From NCBI RefSeq assembly GCF_009914755.1, contig NC_060925.1: a stretch of 64,000 nt of DNA; one strand, written 5' to 3'. The position numbers were made by a program, and so were the translations under genes. Numbering within the stretch: position 1 is the first letter of the stretch; every line of letters starts with the position of its first letter. Positions 57,708-64,000 of this stretch are shown in pieces. The notes under the pieces are model-generated. The model ran no database searches and was not told the origin of the DNA. It saw only the letters and a list, made by a program, of their open reading frames with translations. The DNA comes from the human T2T-CHM13v2.0 reference genome, Homo sapiens.

Positions 57708-58662
57708 CATTTGTGGCACTAATGACAGGTAGTTAGCATAAAATGACATATTTTGCTGTATCTTTTAGTCTAGATAACACTGGGGGAAGTACTGTTAAAG
57801 TATTGTTTTAGCTGCTAAAATGGTTTACTAAAGAAAACAAATATCAGAATTGAATTTAATTTTTGTTCCAACCACAAATTAATGATCTTATCTTATTTAG
57901 TTGTAATTATTTCTTTAAATGCTTCTTGTTTTGATCATAAACTCCTATGGAGCAAGATTAGGTTATTCACTGACAGGTGTATCTGTAACACTTGTCAGAA
58001 AGAAAGTTCTTGGTGAATGGTTTTGAAGGACAAACAGGCAAATTACTGTAAGCTACAGCAGAACTTCTCCATCTACTACTTGTCCCATAGGTTGCAGCTA
58101 CTACTGAGTAGTGTATTGCTTTAACAATGGACAGCAGAAATGATAGCATGGATAGAAAATAAAAGGCTTCAGATATTTCATGTCATTGTTAGAGTTCTTG
58201 GTTTTAAATTCCTCTGTCATATCTTTAAACACATTTGGTTACAGCTGTCTAAAAAGGAGTTAGAGGGATGCAGGGTAATAGCACTATTAAGGTGATCACA
58301 AAAACTAAGAGGTAGACCAAATATATATTTTAGTTAAATGCTAAGCAATTTTTCAACTCAAGCTGAGACTCAAATCAAAATCACAATCACATAATACATT
58401 TCTGGGATATAAAAATAAAATCTGAGACTTTATAATAAATGTAATTATTATTGTAATTTTCTTGTTAAAATTTTAACTTGTTGAAGTTTCACATTATCAG
58501 CAAATCCTAGCAGTGTCAGTTGTCAGATTGCATGTGCTATAATGTACATTTAAAAAATATATAGATGCTCCCTTTCAACTGAAGTTGGGGAAGGTAGAGG
58601 ATATTTTTTGACTATAGTAATGCTAGTGACAATTTTGCTACCAAATTACTAAACTTGATTTT

Positions 58663-59187
58663 CTTTTTAATTTTTATTTTAGGTTCAGGGATACATGTGC
58701 AGATTTGTTATATAGGTAAACTGTGTGTCATGGGGGTTTGGTGTACAGATTGTCACCCAGGTAATAAGCATAGTACCAAATAGGTAGTTTTCAGTCCTGA
58801 CTCTCCTCCCACCCTCTACCCTTAAGTAGGTCCTGATGTCTCTTGTTCCCTTCTTTGTGTTCATGTGTACTCAATGTTTTAGCACCCATTTATAAGTGAG
58901 AGCATGTGGTATTTGGTTTTCTGTTCCTGTGTTAGTTTACTTAAGATAATGGCCTCCAGCTCCATCCATGTTGCTGCAAAGGACATGATCTCATTCTTTT
59001 TTATGGCTGTGTAATAGTCCATGGTGTATATGTATAACATTTTCTTTAGCCAGTCTACTGTTGATGGGCATTTAGGTTGATTACACGTCTTTGCTTATTG
59101 TAAACAGTGCTGCAATGAACATGCATGTGCATGTCTCTTTATGGTAGAACAATGTATATTCCTTTGGGTATATACCCAATAATGGGA
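58663..59187 (-). mobile_element. Older L1PA (about L1PA13-16) 3' end
   Basis: tacatgtgcagatttgttatataggtaaact...cctttgggtatataccca; minus ORF has VPLLGIYPKEY. Confidence 0.88.
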
Positions 59188-59197
59188 CTTCTTTTCT

Positions 59198-59501
59198 TTT
59201 ACCTTTTTTTTGTTGTTGTTGAGATGGAGTCTTGCTGTTACCCATGCTGGAGGGTGGTGGCACGATCTCAGCTCACTGAAACCTCTGCCTCCTGGGTTAA
59301 AGTGGTTCTTGTGCCTCAGCCTCCAGAATAGCTGAGATTACAGGTGCCTGCCACCACCACCCGGCTAATTTTTGTATTTTTGGTAGAGATGGGGTTTCAC
59401 CATGTTGGCCAGGCTGGTCTTGAACTCCTGACCTCAGGTAATCTGCCTGCCTCGGCCTCCCAAAGTACTGGGATTACAGGCGTGAGCCACCGTGTCTGGC
59501 C
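59198..59501 (-). mobile_element. AluS at the L1 5' junction
   Basis: TSD ggacttcttttct at 59185-59197 and 59503-59515. Confidence 0.9.
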
Positions 59502-59979
59502 AGGACTTCTTTTCTAATAGTTATCTATTAACATTTCTATTAGTCATCAATCTATTTCCTAATATTATTTTTTAAAATTAAGTTGCATAAAATTAAGAGC
59601 TATCATAAACATTATGTAAAAATAATAAACATTTTTTATTCAACTGATAGTTTTAATAATTGAAGATATTAAATTATTTTCAGTTGATAAAGATCAACTG
59701 AAGATCTTTACGTCAGTTAAATCTGATACTAAACTATACTTGAAATAGACTATTCAGATATAAATAATAAATCCAAATGTCATACCTCCTTAGTATTACT
59801 GATGTGGTCACAGTGACTGAATGTGATGGTAATTTATACAACCACCCAATCACTGATCACACACAAATTATTCTGCCAAAAGGAGATAATACATATAAAG
59901 CATTTAGATAACTTATATTGAGAACACTTAATAAATGTTAGCCATTACCTTAATTAAAGTAACGGCTCTCTGACATATG

Positions 59980-60100
59980 TGCCATAATTATCAACATCTT
60001 ACAAATGAGAAAATGAGGCCCTGAACACTGAAGTAACTTGATCCAGGGTACACAGCTGGCTGTGGCTACTACAGCACTGTAAGCCTCGGGCCAGCAATGT
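59980..60100 (-). mobile_element. MIR
   Basis: ttacaaatgagaaaatgaggccctgaacactgaagtaacttgatccagggtacacagct. Confidence 0.7.
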
Positions 60101-63100
60101 GGAAGAGGCAGTTAAACAGAGGATAAATGAACATTTGTCAGGGTTCCTGCAGAATGGATTCTTTATTGAATGAGAATATAACAAATAACCCCCAGGGACA
60201 ACTTTCAGTTCTAAGATTTCGTAAGCAAGCAGTGATATGGGAGGAAGTCATTGACCAAGGAGTGATATTGGAAGAAGTAGCTTCTGGTCTGGTAAGTATA
60301 TTAATATTATCCTATCGTATTCTCAATCATGCTCTCACTGAGCTGGCCATACTTGGGTGGGTATTGGGAAAAGAGGGAGTTGAAAAATAATATGCACAGA
60401 GATGTTGTTTACAAGCAGTTTTGTGGTTCACTTTGGGCTTCCAAAATTAAATAAAATACCAAGCGATACCTCATTATGTAATATAGGCATATGATCAGCT
60501 TCAAAGTAATTTAGCCTAAATGCTAAATATAACTGTGAACCTCTTTAAGATTCATATAACTTCACAAGAGTACACTTTTTGTTGCCATATGTGTGTCTGT
60601 GTATGTGCTCAATTAAAGTTAGCTGCAGAAAGATATTGTCATATTAGAAATGGCCAGATAATTTACAAAGAGTGATCACATAATCATACAGTAGAAAGAA
60701 AGGATAAATTTATTATATCAATTAGGGTAAGACATTTAATACATTAAAAAGCAAAATGATAATGTGGACAAATTGTCCATACTAATTGGCATTTTTTCTA
60801 AAAAATAAGTTGGTTGCAGGTTACCAAAACTCTCAGAATATGCTTTATAAAATACTAGAAATCCTAGCAAGTCCACATTAAATACAGAACTAATTTGAAT
60901 GTTATTTTTTTAAAGAATAGTAAGTAGCTTGTTTCACTTGGGAAGAGGCATAAAACTAATTTTTCATTTTGGTAGAAAAATTTAAATCTGATTGAATTAT
61001 CTCAACAAAGAGGTATTCCTTCAAGGAAAAAGAAAAATCATATGATCTGATGATTTCATTGTAATTTAAATTTCAAGCATATTCATTCCTGGTGTAAAAA
61101 CAGGGGTTAAAATTCAGTCAAGTGCCCAAAGCATATAAAATATGTGGTCTGCTATTCCAGTAAGAGTAAAACTTGACTCCTACTAATACCTGTGAAATGT
61201 TACAGAGGTAGGTAATATTTAAAATAAAAATATCCTTAAACTACATTTCCACAAAATGTATTTAGCCTAGGAAGTAATGCTTTGCAAAAATAAACAAAAA
61301 TCCTGCTTACTCCGAGTTATCATTTCACACCCTCTTTTAAGATTATCCTAATTTAACAATAACAAAAATATATCTAATAAATGTAAAAATGTGTAACAAA
61401 GAAGTTTCTTCATAAACAATTGCCCTTCTAACTTTAGCCTTCTTATCACCCTACGAGCTTACATCATTATTCTTATTAATAAACGTATACATACAAGGCT
61501 CAGTTTAAAAAGAGATTATCAAATCTATTTGACAAAAGTCCAAACACACAAACCAAAAATATCCATGAGCATCCATGACTAACTTTTGATATTTTCTTGG
61601 TAAAACTGATCTTCCAAGGCAGTGAGTTAGCACAGAACCTAGCACCAAATGTAATGACTGCCCTTACACATTCCTTTAAAATTTTCACCTTCTCTCTTTT
61701 ATCAGTTTTTTATTGAATTATTGTATAGAACCAGTGCATCTCTTGACATTATAAGCCTAAAAAGTATGGTAGCAATGATACAGATTGTACTATCATTTTC
61801 TTACTTAAAATAATTGTATTCTAACTTTTAAGCATTTCGTACTATAAAACAATAGGTTTAATCTCTACGACTAACATACTAATTAACATGCATTATTGTT
61901 TACAGGATCACAGTAAAAATACCACGGTTATTTTCTCAGCTCTAAAAAAGAAGCAAAACAGCTCTTCTCTCAGGAAATACGACACAGCACATGTTATTCT
62001 ATACCAAACTGTGTATTTAGGATATTGAAAATTATATCTTGCAAAAGATCCAACAATGATTCCAGAATCCTACTAGGATGAATCTACTACATTGGCAAGC
62101 AGAGTTTTCCTAAGAGGTGGCCTTGAAATTAAATATGTGTGTATGGTTCTTTGTTATAGATCATAGACGGAAAATGGCAAAAAAAAAAAAAAAAACCTTG
62201 GCTTAACAGTATGAAAGCCTTAAAAGTTTTTCCATTTAAAGTCTTAAAGAGTCATAACATAATTTTGAAATAATATTTGGAGTTTCATGATTATAAAAGT
62301 AATATTTTCATTGTTGAAAATGGAAAATTACAGGAAAAATGCCTATAAAAACTTTAGCAAGATAGAACCACAATACTATATCCCACCAGTTTTCAATGAC
62401 TTTCTTAACTCTAACATCAATGGATAACTGGATAAAATATGTGTTTAAAAAATTTACAGGCTGAGTATGAAATATTATTGAGATATTGGACTTGTGCCAT
62501 AAAAGTTTGCTCTAGTTTGTGATAATGTTGCCTCAGGTTTTCAACTGTTTACCAAATAAAGCATCTTAGAATGAAATATGCCATAAGGAACACAATATTC
62601 ATTAAAATATTTTTACTTCTCCTTTTCCTTAGTAGTAAATGTTACTTAGAATCAAATGAAATAGCATTGTTTTGCTGTATAATACTGACCATTTATGTTT
62701 ATGTTTCTGAAAAGGTTTACCAGATTTCTTGAAAATGAAATATTTTAGCTTATGGTTGTTGAGATTCTATTTACCAAGTACAGTAAATTAATAGGCTAAG
62801 ACAATGGTTTTAGACTTCAGGAAAGGTTCAAAAGCACATTTGGGGGACAAATATTAAAAGTAAATCAACTGCCACCTACTATACCTGTTTTATTAAAGGG
62901 TCATTTGCAGACTAAAAAATGTGAGAAAGAATCTCAAAGTAAAGATACACAGTACTTTCCCAAAATAAAACATGTTAACAACATTATATCCCCCTCCTGG
63001 ACAAAACTTTCCTTTTTTATTTTTTTCCCTTTTCCATTTCAGTGACAATTTGCTGTATCACATTCCTATGGACCATCATTCGGGAATCTCTATCTTCTCT

Positions 63101-63199
63101 ATGTGCTCTGGGAATCCTCAATGAATATAGTTTAGTAGCCATGGCAAAGTGAGTTTCTTTGTGTTTCAGCATCTGCATTTATAGCTATTAATAATATGG

Positions 63200-63390
63200 T
63201 ACTGCATAATATAAAGAACATTGGATTAGGAGTCAGGAGACCTGGGCTCTGGTTCTAGCTCTGCTACTAACTGAAGTATGCAACCTTCTAAAGGTATTCT
63301 AATCTCTCTTGGTCTCAGATTCTTCATTTGTAAAATGAAACAAAACTAAGACTTACTTAAGCTCTAACATTCTAAATAAAAACCTATGAT
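63200..63390 (+). mobile_element. MIR/MIR3
   Basis: aaagaacattggattaggagtcaggagacctgggctctgg...tctcagattcttcatttgtaaaatg. Confidence 0.8.
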
Positions 63391-64000
63391 TTATACCATG
63401 AATTCATAAAGCTGTTGAAATAACTATCCCAAATAACTGAAAAATACTGGTAGGATAGGAGTTTCTTTTATAAAGTTAACAAGCAATTCTTAAATGAAAA
63501 CCCAATGTCAAAAAATTTTAATCAACATACATCATTAAAATAAATTTCTCTAACCCCATCCACCAATCTCTAGTCCCTTCTTATTATTCACTCCCCTATA
63601 CCCCCAGCCCCATATCAGAAAATAATTATGAGAATTCAGGGATATCACAGCTGAATCACAGCTAAGGTATGTCATCAAAACCTATCCAAAGCCTTTGTGG
63701 AAATATTCTAGGATTATAGTTTTTTCTTCATTTTTGAAATACTTCTTTTCACAAGGAGTACACCCTGGTGTCTTGGCTTTGAGACTTGAGTCTATTGTGT
63801 ATTTAAAGAAAAACATGCTTTGTTTTTTATTTCCTTCTCTTCTTAGCTCCTGACATTATGATTTTAAGCACTCAGTATCCATAAATTCTAAAGTGTCGTG
63901 AAAGACTGATGGTTTGATTTTACATGGAATGTGCCATCCTTTTTGAAGTCCTACATCGTTTTGTTTACTAGTTAACCACTGAAACATTATGAAGCCTTAA

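Overview
Primate (human-like) genomic DNA containing the 3' end of KIFAP3 (kinesin-associated protein 3, KAP3, the non-motor subunit of kinesin-2) on the minus strand. It holds the last three canonical coding exons (56754-56943, 49717-49816, 17393-17498), a ~350-nt 3'UTR with an ATTAAA signal, a ~32-kb last intron and ~17 kb of repeat-dense downstream DNA. None of the listed six-frame ORFs is a real gene; they come from repeats or are off-frame. Main finding: inside the last intron at ~21.4-21.6 kb are two tandem stop-containing cassette exons (69 nt and 37 nt) only 27 nt apart, so they should be mutually exclusive. Each would replace the Tyr-rich KAP3 tail while escaping NMD. The first predicts a 772-aa KAP3B-like protein and appears to be an exonised antisense ancient MIR-type SINE tail. 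Other points: a candidate 22-nt poison microexon, a retroposed 28S rRNA 3' fragment with TSD and L1 endonuclease site, an Alu-left-arm/7SL composite, an unidentified processed pseudogene, a sense-oriented MER52 LTR with an apparently dead poly(A) signal, and two young tandem duplications. Repeat subfamily names are from recall of consensus sequences, not from a search.
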